Shown here in pieces: positions 21,904 through 33,626 of a DNA stretch of 64,000 nucleotides; within the stretch, counting starts at the first letter, position 1, and each line of letters begins with the position of its first letter. Under the pieces are notes generated by a model. The model saw nothing but the letters and a program-made list of their open reading frames with translations, was not told the DNA's origin and did no database searches. A program made the translations under genes and the position numbers. Source of the DNA: Paramoeba atlantica (lineage: Eukaryota > Protista > Discosea); NCBI GenBank assembly GCA_977017575.1, contig CDRNVI010000020.1, forward strand, positions 186,001 through 250,000. The letters are read 5' to 3'.

Positions 21904-23547
21904 ATGGTGTTCTGCAATGTCTCTCTGCAATGGGGACTGGGCTTTCTTGTGTTCCTCGTGTCTCTGGTATACTACTGGTATCTTCGCCATCTGCGAAGAT
22001 GCAAGACTTATTCCACAGAGAAGTTTCCGCTCTCCGTTACGTTTCTTCATCCTGATTTAGGCTTGGGTGGTGCAGAGCGTTTAGTTGTAGACGCCGCATT
22101 GGGATTGCAATGCTACGGTAAACACAACGTGGTTATTTATACTACTCATTACGCACGTGACCGGTGTTTCCCGGAGACTACACTGAAGGATAGCAACGCA
22201 TCGCTCTCTTTGAAAGAGCCAAAAGATGATCCTTTAGAAAAGGACAGTGATAACTCAACCTTGGAGAGTGCAATCGCAAACAATAAGGTAGAAGTTCGAG
22301 TCGTGGGGTCTTTATTGCCTCGCAATTTATTTGGTATTGCTCACGTTTTTTGCGCAACAGTACGGTTGATGTACGCCTCTCTTTATGTTGGCCTTTTTTC
22401 TCCTCGCGCAGATCTCATCGTCGTTGATCAGCTCAGCACGCCTATTCTTCTTTTGAAAATTCTGACGAGGTTTAGAACTCCAATCCTTTTCTATTGTCAC
22501 TTCCCTGACAAGTTATGTGATCCTTCTAAATGCTCTATGGGTTCTACTGGTGTCACCAATCGTGGCCTCCTTTTTAAGTGCCTGAAGTGTCCATATCGTC
22601 TCCTGTTCGACAAAATAGAAGAATATAGTCTTTGGTGGGCAGATTTAATACTCTTCAACAGTGATTTCACGAGACATGCTACTTTGAAGACTTTCCCCTC
22701 TCTGCGTTACAAACTTGAAAAGCAAAACAAAGTACTGGATAACTACATTAAAGAATCTGACACCAAAATATTCGCACCATCACACGCCTCCGACATAGTC
22801 TACCCACCCATAATACCCGAGCGTCTCCAATCACAAAAGTCATGTGCCGTTTCTCGTATTCGTCCACGTAGTTTCTTTTCATGTTTCGCCAACGTACGTG
22901 AAGAGTATGGTAGCGGCCTAACGTCTTTACATCTCAAAAATGCGAATGGCGAGGAGATCAAGAAGCCTTTTCTTCTCTCTCTTAACCGCTTTGATCCGCA
23001 AAAGAATCTCTCTCTTGCGATTGAGACACTTCGGCATCTTCACGGCATGAAGGAGTCCTATGGAAATATGTCCCTTGTGCTCGCCGGTGGTTATGACGTC
23101 CGTCTACGACACCACCGCAATTGTCTATCGGAACTGATACAATTGGCATCAACTCTCGATCTCCCCGATCGAGTACATTTTCTTACTTCGGTTTCTGAAT
23201 CGCAAAAGCTCGAGTTACTTCAGCACTGTTCAGTGTTCTTGTACACTCCTGTCAGTGAGCACTTTGGCATTGCCCCGTTAGAGGCGATGACAGTGGGAAA
23301 GCCAGTCGTAGCCGTCGACAATGGAGGGCCGAAAGAGTCGATTGGGCAATCAGGTGAGTGCGGGATTCTGACCTCGCCCGATCCAGAAGCGTTTGCCTTT
23401 GCGGTGTCAGGCTTGCTGGAGGACCCACACCGGACACGAGTAATGACGCACCATGCCGCTATGAGAGCAAAAACCCAATTCTCACTGCACAGCTTCTATG
23501 TGCGGTTTGAACACGCTATCTGTTTTCTTTTAAAAAAGGGCCTTTGA
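21904..23547 (+). CDS. ALG2: Alpha-1,3/1,6-mannosyltransferase (GT4)
   Basis: FLHPDLGLGGAERLVVDAA, FYCHFPDKL, LSLNRF, LAGGYD, LYTPVSEHFGIAPLEAM; N-terminal transmembrane segment. Confidence 0.95.
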   Translation: MVFCNVSLQWGLGFLVFLVSLVYYWYLRHLRRCKTYSTEKFPLSVTFLHPDLGLGGAERLVVDAALGLQCYGKHNVVIYTTHYARDRCFPETTLKDSNASLSLKEPKDDPLEKDSDNSTLESAIANNKVEVRVVGSLLPRNLFGIAHVFCATVRLMYASLYVGLFSPRADLIVVDQLSTPILLLKILTRFRTPILFYCHFPDKLCDPSKCSMGSTGVTNRGLLFKCLKCPYRLLFDKIEEYSLWWADLILFNSDFTRHATLKTFPSLRYKLEKQNKVLDNYIKESDTKIFAPSHASDIVYPPIIPERLQSQKSCAVSRIRPRSFFSCFANVREEYGSGLTSLHLKNANGEEIKKPFLLSLNRFDPQKNLSLAIETLRHLHGMKESYGNMSLVLAGGYDVRLRHHRNCLSELIQLASTLDLPDRVHFLTSVSESQKLELLQHCSVFLYTPVSEHFGIAPLEAMTVGKPVVAVDNGGPKESIGQSGECGILTSPDPEAFAFAVSGLLEDPHRTRVMTHHAAMRAKTQFSLHSFYVRFEHAICFLLKKGL

Positions 23548-24159
23548 AATGAAAAGTATGTTGTAGTAAAATGAGTAGAAATCGCGGCACTTCAACTGAT
23601 GTGGACTCAGGTCCAGTTTTGCCATGCGCATATTCGTAGAGATATGCATTTTTCGTAGATAGAAATGTACATAAAATTAGGTACATTAACCATTTTCGGT
23701 TAATCTATAAGATGTCTGTCGTCATATTATTTCTGTCTTTTAGTCAGATTTAGTCCTATAGAGACCCCTAGCTATGGTCTCACTGAGTCACATGACTTGA
23801 TAATTTCTAACTGAGAAATGAGAGAGCAGTAGGTTCCTTAACTGGAATAGTTTCAGTAGGAGTTATTCACCGCAATCCCTTAATAAATTTCTGCATAGTT
23901 TAGTGAAATATCTTTTTATGTATTCTAAAATAGCATTGTTCTTTGTTTTAGGCACAATCAATCTATCCATTGTACAAACTCCTAGCTCTTCTTACTTCCC
24001 TACATTTACCTACCCTCCTTGAGCAAACGTTATATAACAAAGTCCGATTTTTACGTTTCACAAATCTTATAAAAACAAATTACAAACCTTTTCTATTATT
24101 ATCACAACCTTTTTAAACGACTTAGCATTTCTACGCACTCACTACCTATTCTACCCAAC

Positions 24160-24963
24160 ATGGAGAATCGCGGTGGGGTATCCTCTGGTAGAGGAGGCCG
24201 TGGGGGTCCCGGAGGTCGTGGCGGTCGTGGAGCTCCCGGAGGCCGGGGCGGGGGGATGTCCCGAGGTGGCCGTGGAGGTGGCGGCGGAGGTGAGCGCTGG
24301 AACCCCTCCACGAAACTCGGAAAACTCGTCCAGGAGGGCAAAATCCAAAAACCTGAGGAGATCTACCTCTACTCGCTGCCTATCAAGGAGCCTGAGATTG
24401 TGGATCGGTTCTTTCCCAGCCTTAAAGACGAGCTACTTGCGATGTTTCCCGTGCAGAAAGCGACCAGTGCGGGTCAGCGTAACCGTTTCAAGGCCTACGT
24501 CGTGGTTGGAGATGAGAACGGCCATGTTGGGCTGGGCTCTAAGTGCTCCAAGGAGACAGGAATCGCGATTAGTGCCGCAACGAACAATGCGAAACTCGCC
24601 ATGGTCCCCGTTCGCCGGGGGTACTGGGGAGCAAAGCTCGGGGAGCCGCACACGATTGCGACCAAGGCGACCGGGAAGTGTGGCTCCGTGCGGGTCCGGC
24701 TGACTCCTGCCCCTCGTGGGACAGGAATCGTCGCCCCACCGGTCTCGAAAAAGATTCTCACGCTGGCGGGGATCCAGGATGTGTACACCTCGACGGAGGG
24801 CAAGACGAAGACCACGGGGAACTTTGCCATGGCCACGTTCGAGGCACTGACGAAGACGTACGGGTTCCTAACCCCGGATCTGTGGCCGAAGACGATGAAC
24901 CAGAAGGATCCGTACCAGGAGTACACTGACTTTTTGGCCAGCCGGTCGTTGGTCCGCGCCTAA
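24160..24963 (+). CDS. RPS2: 40S ribosomal protein S2 (uS5)
   Basis: RGG-rich N-terminus, [49 protein letters not shown]. Confidence 0.97.
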   Translation: MENRGGVSSGRGGRGGPGGRGGRGAPGGRGGGMSRGGRGGGGGGERWNPSTKLGKLVQEGKIQKPEEIYLYSLPIKEPEIVDRFFPSLKDELLAMFPVQKATSAGQRNRFKAYVVVGDENGHVGLGSKCSKETGIAISAATNNAKLAMVPVRRGYWGAKLGEPHTIATKATGKCGSVRVRLTPAPRGTGIVAPPVSKKILTLAGIQDVYTSTEGKTKTTGNFAMATFEALTKTYGFLTPDLWPKTMNQKDPYQEYTDFLASRSLVRA

Positions 24964-25269
24964 GTGGGGGGAAAGGTGAAGTGAAGGAAAGATATTGTGG
25001 TAAAAGAATAAAATTGGTAAGATGTGACTCAAAGAAGGAGCGTAAAGTTCATTTCATTTACTATGAAAAGGCGAAAGCAATAATTTACAACTGGCATAAA
25101 ATTTAGTAAACTTCAAGACTTAAAGTGTAAATTTCTATTTAAGATTTTGTTGTGTATAGCATTTTAGAATCGAAGTAGGATTTACTTTCACCAATATCAA
25201 CCTCGATATTCTTGAACTACTAGATTATTTTACCTGTTCCCTCCGCCCCACCCCTTCCCCTTTTCCCCC

Positions 25270-25896
25270 ATGCTTCTACGATTCTCCCAGTCCGATGCCT
25301 CCGGCTCATCCGTGCGCCGCGGACGTGTCAGCAAGGCGTCCCTCCCCTTCGAGTACGCCCTGGCGAAATTCACCGCCTCGCTCAGTACCACCCACCCTGA
25401 CTGGTCCGAGCAAACTTCCGGGTGCTCATGGAAGGGAGTCTACTGCAGTGCCCCGGGGGTGGTGACAGTGCTGCACTGGGTTGGGCTTGGCCTTGCGGGA
25501 CCCCTGGAGTGGGATTGGCTCCCTTTCACAGTGATGGAAATCAACCTAGCCTCGCGCGAGGACAAACCTAATGAGCTCACAGGGGAGGTACCGTTCGAGC
25601 ACCTACCTACCGGTCTGGCCTATCTAAATTTGCGCGAAAATGATTTTAGTGGCCAGGTGGCGTGGAAGGCGTTGCCTCCCGCCTTGGTGACGTTGGATTT
25701 GGCAGAGAATGAATTTTTTGGAACGGTGTACTTCGACTCGCTTCCCGAGCACATCGAGTACATAGATCTGAGTGGCAATGACTTTGCGGGGAGTGTGGAT
25801 TTAAGAAACCTACCGCAAAGTCTAAAGGCAGTACATTTGAAAGGGACATGTGTGAAGCCCCGTTGTATATTACCAGATAATGTATTCTTAGACTAG
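25270..25896 (+). CDS. Small leucine-rich-repeat protein (LRRNT-like cap plus about 5 LRRs)
   Basis: CSWKGVYC cap and repeats of the type LPxxLxxLxLxxNxFxG. Paralog of 49077-49769. Confidence 0.8.
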   Translation: MLLRFSQSDASGSSVRRGRVSKASLPFEYALAKFTASLSTTHPDWSEQTSGCSWKGVYCSAPGVVTVLHWVGLGLAGPLEWDWLPFTVMEINLASREDKPNELTGEVPFEHLPTGLAYLNLRENDFSGQVAWKALPPALVTLDLAENEFFGTVYFDSLPEHIEYIDLSGNDFAGSVDLRNLPQSLKAVHLKGTCVKPRCILPDNVFLD

Positions 25897-26190
25897 TTGG
25901 GGATACTGTGGAGTTCCTGTAGGCATAGAAAGCGTCAAGACCAAATACATATACTGTGCGACAATCTCTTTGGGCTGTGCTTTGACAAAGTTACGCTACA
26001 TGTAAAAGTTATCTTTTATCTTACGGGCAAGTTGTAGCGAAACGTGTAGTGAAAAACCCTATACTATAGGGTTATACCCTGGAACCTATTGTATAGGTTC
26101 TAAAAAAATACAATGATAGCCGTTAAAAAGTACATTAATACCCGCAATACTATCCTTATTTCTCAGTTGTTATTCGCTAAACTGTAGCTC

Positions 26191-29100
26191 ATGAATTCTG
26201 AAGGCCATTTTCACCCCTATGCAGGTATTCCAACTGTGTTCGAACTGATAGCAACGCAAACTGTGACAGAAGCATTGAATTTGACGCGACAAGACCCTAT
26301 CCAAGCGCGTACCTTGGACCTTGCCATGCATGGGCCAAGACGTGAATATAATTTCAGCTCCGTCCGAAACCTAACCACCGAAGACGCATTAAAAATGGAA
26401 ACAGACACAGAAGAAACAATTCTTGATCGCTTGCAGCGAGCCGAAGAGAGTTTACTACGACAGCATGTGGAAGACACCAAGGAGGCGATTGCCGCATCGA
26501 CCGCGGCCAGGAACCAAGCCTTGCGACAAAAGCATGCAATCATGGACAAGAAAAACAGAGCGTCGCCTCGGGAAGGGAACAACACTTCTTCTTTCAAGCG
26601 AGCCCGCGGGGTACCCCAGCCTCCCACGAATACAAGAGAAACGGCGCCACAAAATATTAATTCTGGCTCAAGGATGTTTTTGGCTGGAGAAATTGCGACT
26701 CGTGTCTCAGAATTAACGCGATCCGATTCTTTGATTTTAACTACGAATACTACACCACCCATTGATACACTATCATCGGATGCTGTATTATCCAATTTTA
26801 GAAGCCCAAAAACAGTAGATAGCGAACCAGAAAACTATTCCTCTGATTCTTTTTCCCGGGCTCTTCAATCTACAGAAGCACGTGAATCAGATTCATCGGT
26901 AAACATATTGCCGCAAAGAATTACAAATGAATTCAAAGGTCAGCTTACCAGTTCTTCTCCGTCCGTCACGACAAACCGCAAAACGGAAAATGGACTGAAC
27001 GTCATTAATTCCTACGAAGAACGTTCGCCCACAGGGAATACAGGCCCAGATGTTTCGCATTTTACTTCGGGTAACAGTACAAGCAACAAATCACTGGGCC
27101 AAGTGTCTGATACCTTTCACAATGACCTCGTCAAGCTCACGAAGACAGAGTTCGAAGAACTGAGAAGAATCATTTTACCACCTTCCACTATAGAGATGAC
27201 AGTTGGCAACGAACCCCTTACAGAGTTTAAAGAGGATTCAACGTATTCCGCACACGAAGCAACTTCATGCACTGTAGCATTGGCCACGTTAAGTGCCAAC
27301 GGATCTAATTACCACAATGGCGGTAAGAAAGATCGAATCCTAGGAGACGGTCTTGATCCGTGGGAAGCCTTTGACCGTCTGCAAACCGTATTGTTGGCCT
27401 ATTCGAACAAATGTTACATTCTTCCCATACGTGACTGTATCACTTCACCTGCATCAGATCAAATAGCATTCGCGGCCTCCATACTACATTTTCTCTTGGA
27501 AGTATGCAGTCATCCGAATATCCAAGTCGTATGTTACCATGCCAGTGCCGTGTATCTTCCACTCCTAGACTTGCGACGTCGATTGAAGGAAGATTCGACG
27601 CAGAGCGGTTCACCAGTGGTGAATTTTCTGCGACAAAATCTGCAAAATGTAGAAACCTTTTTCCCTCGAACCGTGGACGACATTCGACTTATGGCATGGC
27701 TTTGTAGACCCGAACACGCCGGTTTAGATCTTCATTCGATCCAATGTTTGACTGAAGGAGAACCCAGTGCGCGCAGTACAGAGAAAATCATGCGCCGAAA
27801 GAAGCTTTCGCAGGAAAATATTTCTGACGTTAGGGATCAGCTCGTCAAGACTTTGGAGATTCACCGCCAACTATCCGGGAAGCTTCGGGAAAATGGGCTC
27901 TTATTCGCTCACAACGAAATAGAACGAAAGATTGCTTTCTTGTGTTGTGAAATGCATATCAATGGTATGATGTTGGATGTGAAAGATCTACACCGCAACA
28001 CCTCCGAAGTCAGACATGATATGACACATTTGCAAGAGCGTGCCTATGTTCTAGCAGGAAAAACGTTTAACTTACAAAGTGCGGATGAGATACGGCGCAT
28101 TCTTTTTGATGAGTTGAAGCTCCCTTCAGAAGGAGCTGCAGTTACGAAAGGAGGAAAAATTTCCACAAATGAGGAACATCTTCGAGAACTTGCACAGCTT
28201 CACGAGCTCCCACAGGTAATTATTCAATACCGGAAAAAGGCAAAGCTTATACAAACGTATGTAGATGGGCTCGTAACGTGCACGGTGGCACACAAGGAAA
28301 ATGATGATCGTACTGTTCACTACTTACATCCTCACTTTCTGCAAGAAGCGACTGACACGGGAAGGATTTCTTGCGCGGAGCCGAATATTCAAAATTTACC
28401 TCGAGTTTCGGATTCTATGGAAATGGTACGGCGTGCTTTTCGTGCTCCTGGGGGGTATCTATATGTAACGATTGACTACGAGCAAATCGAACTTCGCGTA
28501 CTGGCACATCTCAGTTGCGATGAAAAGCTCTTGGGAGTCTTACATGCCGGAGGAGATGTACACTGCGCTATAGCAGCTATGATTTACCATAAGTCTCCAG
28601 AATCCGTGTCACAGGAGGAGCGTCAAGTGGGCAAGCGTCTTACGTACGGTATAATATACGGTATGGGTCCACAGGCCTTTTCGAAGCAAACTGGCATGGA
28701 ACTTGAGGATGCCACTCGGTTTTTGTCTCGTTTCCGAGACGTGTTTTGTGGGGTTGCAAATTACATGACTCGCATAGTGAAGCACGCCCAGGAAAAGGGA
28801 CACGTGCGGACATTTTTTCATCGATGGCGGCTTCTCCCTGATATGAATGCAACTGATCCCACGCGTCGTACCACTGCAGAGCGTCAAGCCATCAACACAG
28901 TAGTTCAGGGTTCCGCGGCCGACCTTGTGAAAGCAGCAATGGTAAGAGTAAACGAGCTCATTTTAAGAAAATGTAAGGGGGACATACGCGTTGTAGGTCA
29001 GATTCATGATGAACTCGTGTTTTTAGTACCCGAACAAGGTGCATCCGAATGTGTGGTGGAGCTCCAAGCACGCGCAGTAGATGAAAGTTCGCATCCCTGG

Positions 29101-29310
29101 GAAGCGGCTCTAAAGGAAGAAAATGTCGCGTCGAGCGCGTTTCCGGCTGAATCAGTCGTGTCTCCATTCGTTATTACAATGGCAACAGAAATTGCGGTAT
29201 GCATGGAACAAACAATGCATCTGAAAGTTCCATTATTCACAAAAATCCAGATTGGTGAATCATTAGGAAATATGAAAGTTTTCAACAAAACGTCGGGAGA
29301 ACTCATTTAA
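26191..29310 (+). CDS. POLQ: Family A DNA polymerase, Pol theta-like, without a helicase domain
   Basis: TDTGRISCAEPNIQNLP; motif A IDYEQIELRVLAHLS; motif B RQVGKRLTYGIIYGMG; ERQAINTVVQGSAADL; motif C QIHDELVF. Confidence 0.8.
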   Translation: MNSEGHFHPYAGIPTVFELIATQTVTEALNLTRQDPIQARTLDLAMHGPRREYNFSSVRNLTTEDALKMETDTEETILDRLQRAEESLLRQHVEDTKEAIAASTAARNQALRQKHAIMDKKNRASPREGNNTSSFKRARGVPQPPTNTRETAPQNINSGSRMFLAGEIATRVSELTRSDSLILTTNTTPPIDTLSSDAVLSNFRSPKTVDSEPENYSSDSFSRALQSTEARESDSSVNILPQRITNEFKGQLTSSSPSVTTNRKTENGLNVINSYEERSPTGNTGPDVSHFTSGNSTSNKSLGQVSDTFHNDLVKLTKTEFEELRRIILPPSTIEMTVGNEPLTEFKEDSTYSAHEATSCTVALATLSANGSNYHNGGKKDRILGDGLDPWEAFDRLQTVLLAYSNKCYILPIRDCITSPASDQIAFAASILHFLLEVCSHPNIQVVCYHASAVYLPLLDLRRRLKEDSTQSGSPVVNFLRQNLQNVETFFPRTVDDIRLMAWLCRPEHAGLDLHSIQCLTEGEPSARSTEKIMRRKKLSQENISDVRDQLVKTLEIHRQLSGKLRENGLLFAHNEIERKIAFLCCEMHINGMMLDVKDLHRNTSEVRHDMTHLQERAYVLAGKTFNLQSADEIRRILFDELKLPSEGAAVTKGGKISTNEEHLRELAQLHELPQVIIQYRKKAKLIQTYVDGLVTCTVAHKENDDRTVHYLHPHFLQEATDTGRISCAEPNIQNLPRVSDSMEMVRRAFRAPGGYLYVTIDYEQIELRVLAHLSCDEKLLGVLHAGGDVHCAIAAMIYHKSPESVSQEERQVGKRLTYGIIYGMGPQAFSKQTGMELEDATRFLSRFRDVFCGVANYMTRIVKHAQEKGHVRTFFHRWRLLPDMNATDPTRRTTAERQAINTVVQGSAADLVKAAMVRVNELILRKCKGDIRVVGQIHDELVFLVPEQGASECVVELQARAVDESSHPWEAALKEENVASSAFPAESVVSPFVITMATEIAVCMEQTMHLKVPLFTKIQIGESLGNMKVFNKTSGELI

Positions 29311-29995
29311 AAAGCTCGTTTCTTGCCTTTGCTACGTGAAAAATATTTATTGACATACGCGTGTTCTAGATTTACGTTTTTTAGGTGTGAGATTTTTAGG
29401 TGTGAGATGGTATCACCTTTCACTCAAGAATTTCGTCCACGGCCTCTGCCATTTTAGTGTTCACTTCCTCCATGGCTATTTGACGCTCGAAGTTAAAGCC
29501 ACGCTCCCGTTTTTTACACCGCCCGCCCCGTTTTACGTTCTATGCATGGTAGTGAGCTTCACCTTTACTCCTAGTCCTCATAATCTTCCATTTTGGTGTT
29601 GCGCATTTGGGACACATCTGTGTTACGCTTAGAGGCGGGCGACAAATCTCCAAGCGATCTTGCATCGTGAGGGTGTGTATTTCAGAACCGTTGGGAACGG
29701 TATTGTTCGCGGTTCAATCAGCGATTTCCTCTGAAGTGAGTCAGTTTCAGTTGAATTTTGCCATATTGTGCCGCATTCTGCCATATTCTGCCTATCACCA
29801 TAGTCCCCCCTCCAAGATGTAGATGAACACCAAAAGTGGCCATTATGCCAAAAATCTTCGCTCAGGATGGCACGAAATGACACAGGATAGCATCGAATGG
29901 TACAGAATAACTGAATAGTGTCCATTAGCATTTGTCTAGTCCAGCAAAGATGAAAGAGAAGCAAAGATGAAAGACGCTAAGAAGCACAAAGCTTA

Positions 29996-30334
29996 CGACA
30001 GTCTCGCAGCAGCACGCGGAATGGCTTGAACAATCCCACAGGAGTGCTTGAAGCCCATTGGGATAACCAGCGGTTCTAGTACTGTGCTTCCCATGCGGAC
30101 ACAACATGCCTTTCCAAGGGCAGAAGAGATTGGAATTTGGTAATACCAATTCTTAATGTCCGCATGAAGAAAGCGTATTCGTGCTTGCGCACAGTCCTTT
30201 AATTCCCTCAGCGAGTTAATTAGTTCATACGTGCTTGGAAAGGTGAGAGGAATGCTAAGGTCCTCACAGTGCTCATTAGTCCATCTCAGGTTAAAGATGT
30301 CGCGGGAATCTGTCGCGTCCTTTAAGATGACTGT
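29996..30334 (-). pseudogene. Reverse transcriptase fragment, DIRS/VIPER/TATE type
   Basis: A 113-codon stop-free stretch translated by hand: VILKDATDSRDIFNLRWTNE...FPSTYELINSL...HADIKNWYYQIPIS...IPMGFKHSCGIVQ. It carries the RT DxxxxYxQIP and PMG motifs. Not in the ORF track. Confidence 0.75.
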
Positions 30335-30653
30335 TTAGCTACCTATGACGCACTCTGTCGGCTGCTGAGCAACACGCAGAACTTTGTAATGCAGTAGATC
30401 AGACAGATGATTTCTAAAACGTATCGATTTGGCGTCTCGTTCAGGCTATCGTAGGTAATGTCGTGAGGAAGGGGATATACCCAGCAATGACACAACACGT
30501 CTTACAAAAGGGTAATTCACTTTCCTTCAGTGCATCCGAGTACATGCATCTCACGTTTTTGAGCGGGCATAGAGGATCATTATCCGACGCCCACGAACCA
30601 CGCTGCATCACTGCTGACCCCAGGGGCGTCAGAAAATATGGAGAGACATTATA

Positions 30654-31178
30654 CAGGGGGGTGCACGAAAATATGGGGGAGGTCAAAATTCTTATAACTC
30701 GCCCAATTTTGGAAAATAATAGCGCATTCGAGAGCTCTCGCAGAGTTACGTGTCATGTGATAATGCGTTTCCCGCATTTTTAAGTCTTTTTAACAATTTA
30801 AAAAAATCATGATTTTTCAAAGTGCAAAATTCTGCAGTTTTTTGAAAAAACTGCTTTTTTTTTGTGAATTTATTGACTTTTTTGATCCTAATACAGTACT
30901 TTGCCCCACAAAAGGTCATATTCGAATAATAAAAAAGTGCAGAAACGGAGTAGATTTTGTTACTCGCCTCGTGGGCAGCTTAAAGCATCTCACAGGATAC
31001 TCTTGGCAAACTTTGCAATTACCCTTTTTGCGGTATTCAGGAGAATGTAAATACCTGGAAACTACGTAAAGCGTAATATCACATGACACGTAACTCTGTG
31101 AGAGCTCTCGAATGCGCTATTATTTTCCAAAAAAGGCTGAATTTTGACCCCCCCCCCATATTTTCGTGCACCCCCCTG
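30654..31178. mobile_element. Tc1/mariner-type MITE, family A, copy 2 (internally deleted)
   Basis: CAGGGGGGTGCACG...CGTGCACCCCCCTG ends with TA at 30652-53 and 31179-80. It lacks about 200 bp of the copy 1 interior. A degenerate TIR-like CAGGGGCGTCAGAAAATATGG lies at 30621. Confidence 0.88.
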
Positions 31179-31251
31179 TATATCTCTATCTGCCCCATAC
31201 TCGGATCAACATACATCGTTGTGTTTTTAAGTCGTATAACAAAACAAATAT

Positions 31252-31650
31252 TTATTTACTCGATACGCACGGAGAATACACGTAAGAGTGCATGAATATG
31301 GACAGTACGATTAAATGTATATCTTGTGAAATGGCCGAAATGTGACTTCGTAACTGCGACGCTGACTGCGTAGCGCGCCACGTTAAGCTATTGAGTAATG
31401 ATTGGCCGAGAATTGAGACATCCACCTCCCACGGCGTAGGCGGGTAGATAAGTCTATGCCTTGCCTTGACAAGTGTCCCGCCCCCCCCATGACGCAGAGA
31501 ATGAAAGGACCATGTCTGATGAATGTTCCGTGTGTGTTGACGAGCAAAAGTAGCTACTAAATGGTTTGCTCGTTCCCGAGTCCATTTTGAAAACACTGGA
31601 CCGGTATGATGCGCCGATTTTAATAAGCGAGTAGATGCTTAACCTCTGGG
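31252..31650 (-). pseudogene. Tyrosine recombinase fragment of a YR retroelement
   Basis: TGPVFSKW...WSFHSLRHGGGGTL carries the HxLR motif. It lies upstream of, and on the same strand as, the RT fragment. Confidence 0.6.
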
Positions 31651-31844
31651 GCTTGAACTATGTCTACTTGATGACGTCCGCGGCATTTCCCACCCTGAAT
31701 ACGGAGCAGTGCCCCAACTCAGCGTTTTTATTATCAGTAGCGTACGGCAACACTAAATTGAGTAACTACGCTCACAGATTTATCCTCTAGAGGATGATAT
31801 TAAAAATATTTTTTTTATTTCAAAAATATTTTTTTTGGACCACT

Positions 31845-31930
31845 TTTTAAAAGAATATATTGCTTTCATCTTGAACGCTCGCTTCCGCTTTACGACATGA
31901 ATTGTTGTATTATGTTCCACGTGTCATCTT
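31845..31930. repeat. Dispersed repeat shared with 19825-19915
   Basis: ATATATTG(C/A)TTTCATCTTG...CTCGCTTCCGCTTTACGACATG...CACGTGTCATCTT is present in both. On the minus strand it reads DDT(W/*)N(I/M)IQQ(F/C)MS*. Confidence 0.75.
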
Positions 31931-33079
31931 CTTCACCTTCGTTATCTTCTGCTTCTTCTCCTAAACAAGATCCCTCACCTTCTGTCAAAATAATTTCTTT
32001 CTTAACAGATTTAAGGGACAGCAAAAGCGCCCGGAAGCGTTGCTTGCTGCCAGAAAGGTTTCGTCCACCGCACACTTCGAAAACCGTATAGTCTTGTTGC
32101 GCTCTTCAACGGCCTTCGACACCCATCTTAGAAGTTGACGTTTCCATTAAAAGCAGTCACCCGGCTGACCATACACTGGGAAGCTATACTAGACATTTCG
32201 ACCCTCTGACATAGCTTAATCCAGAATATGAATTTCATCTTTGACATCTTTTGCTGAGCCGAAAAATAAGGAGCCAAACTGCTTAATCGCTTTCGACACT
32301 TTGCATTTCCATTCCTTCTCCAACATACGCCGAGAAACTTATTTCTTTTATGTGGTGAACCTGATGTCTTATGATTAAGGCAAAGTTCATCCAGCACTAC
32401 TCCGTGATTCTTTACGAAGGACACAAAATCTTGCGGAATATCTCCATCATGCTTCCATCTGAGGACTCAGCGAAGGTCAGGAAGGTCAGGACAGGTGCAC
32501 ATGTCAGGAAAACCAAGGAAAAACAAGTATTGAAAGCTCTATAATCGAGACACTGAAAAATGGAAAAAATATTTTTTTGGGTACAATATAAATTATCATT
32601 GCCCTATAATTCATATAAAGTATTTGTCCCGTCGGGGGGCGATCCATACATGTATGCTCAGCCATCCATCCACCTGGGGGACCGCCAGGTGAGAAAAGTA
32701 GGCTACGCAAAAACTTCCGGACTCCTAACTCCAACGATCCTCCACTCCCCGAAGGGAAAAACGAAATGAAAAAAGCCAGAGGCTCCCCCGCCCAGAAGGC
32801 GGAGTCCCGACTCCCCGAAGGGAGACGAAACTGTGAGCCAAAGGCTCTGCCGCACAAAGACTACGGTTCGCATGATGCAGTGTCGATGGATCCATAATCG
32901 GGAAGGGGTTATTCCTAAATAGTGTTACTAGAAGGTCTGGGTGTTAGTACAAAAGTTTTGTTTATAATAAAACTGAAGTCATTTTTTAAATGCATATTTG
33001 TACAGCGTGAAACCGTAACATACATGTATGATAGTGGAAAAAATATTAAAATAGATATGATAACAAGATACACTGTACT

Positions 33080-33360
33080 ACTCGCGCTGCATGAGAGGGT
33101 TGACATCGGACCTTCCCTCCTACAGGAAGTGCACGTGTCTGATCCCCGAGCGGGGACTAGCCAAGCTATACTTAGTTAGCATTTACTGCATTCGGTGTTC
33201 CCGGAAATGAAACTCGCATTTCTACAGAAGTGCGGAGGGTACACCTCGGACAGTTACGGCTTTCTCTGCCATGCTATGATGGTCATTGACATCGCCATAC
33301 AACGTGGCAACGCCCAAATAATTTCGGCCGCCACGTTTCAATGGCGGCAAACGCCATATC
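33080..33360 (+). pseudogene. 3' end of a CRE/SLACS-like non-LTR retrotransposon ORF
   Basis: AFLQKCGG...SYGFL...IDIAIQRGNAQII, with QRGNA at 33300-33314. This resembles the C-terminal QRGNA motif of CRE-clade elements. Confidence 0.45.
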
Positions 33361-33626
33361 TAGTAGAGAGAATTTATACATTCTATATATTGTATTTATA
33401 CGTTTTATGTATAAACTTGAGTGAATATGTTGGACCTAAAAATGGTTTATTCTGTTCTCTCCAGAATTCAATTCCAGATGCGACCAAGGTGAATATTTCC
33501 TTTTTTTCAAAAAAATAGAACTGGTGTACAAAAATATACAAAGAATTTTGGTCTTTTTCTTCTTTTTTAATTTGTTTAGATTTTTAATCTCTAGATATAA
33601 CCCAATTTTACCAATATATTGTTCTA

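Noticed and set aside
32745-32835. Hammerhead ribozyme
   Set aside because: A stem followed by CGAAAC is present, but there is no CUGANGA core upstream on either strand that I can see.
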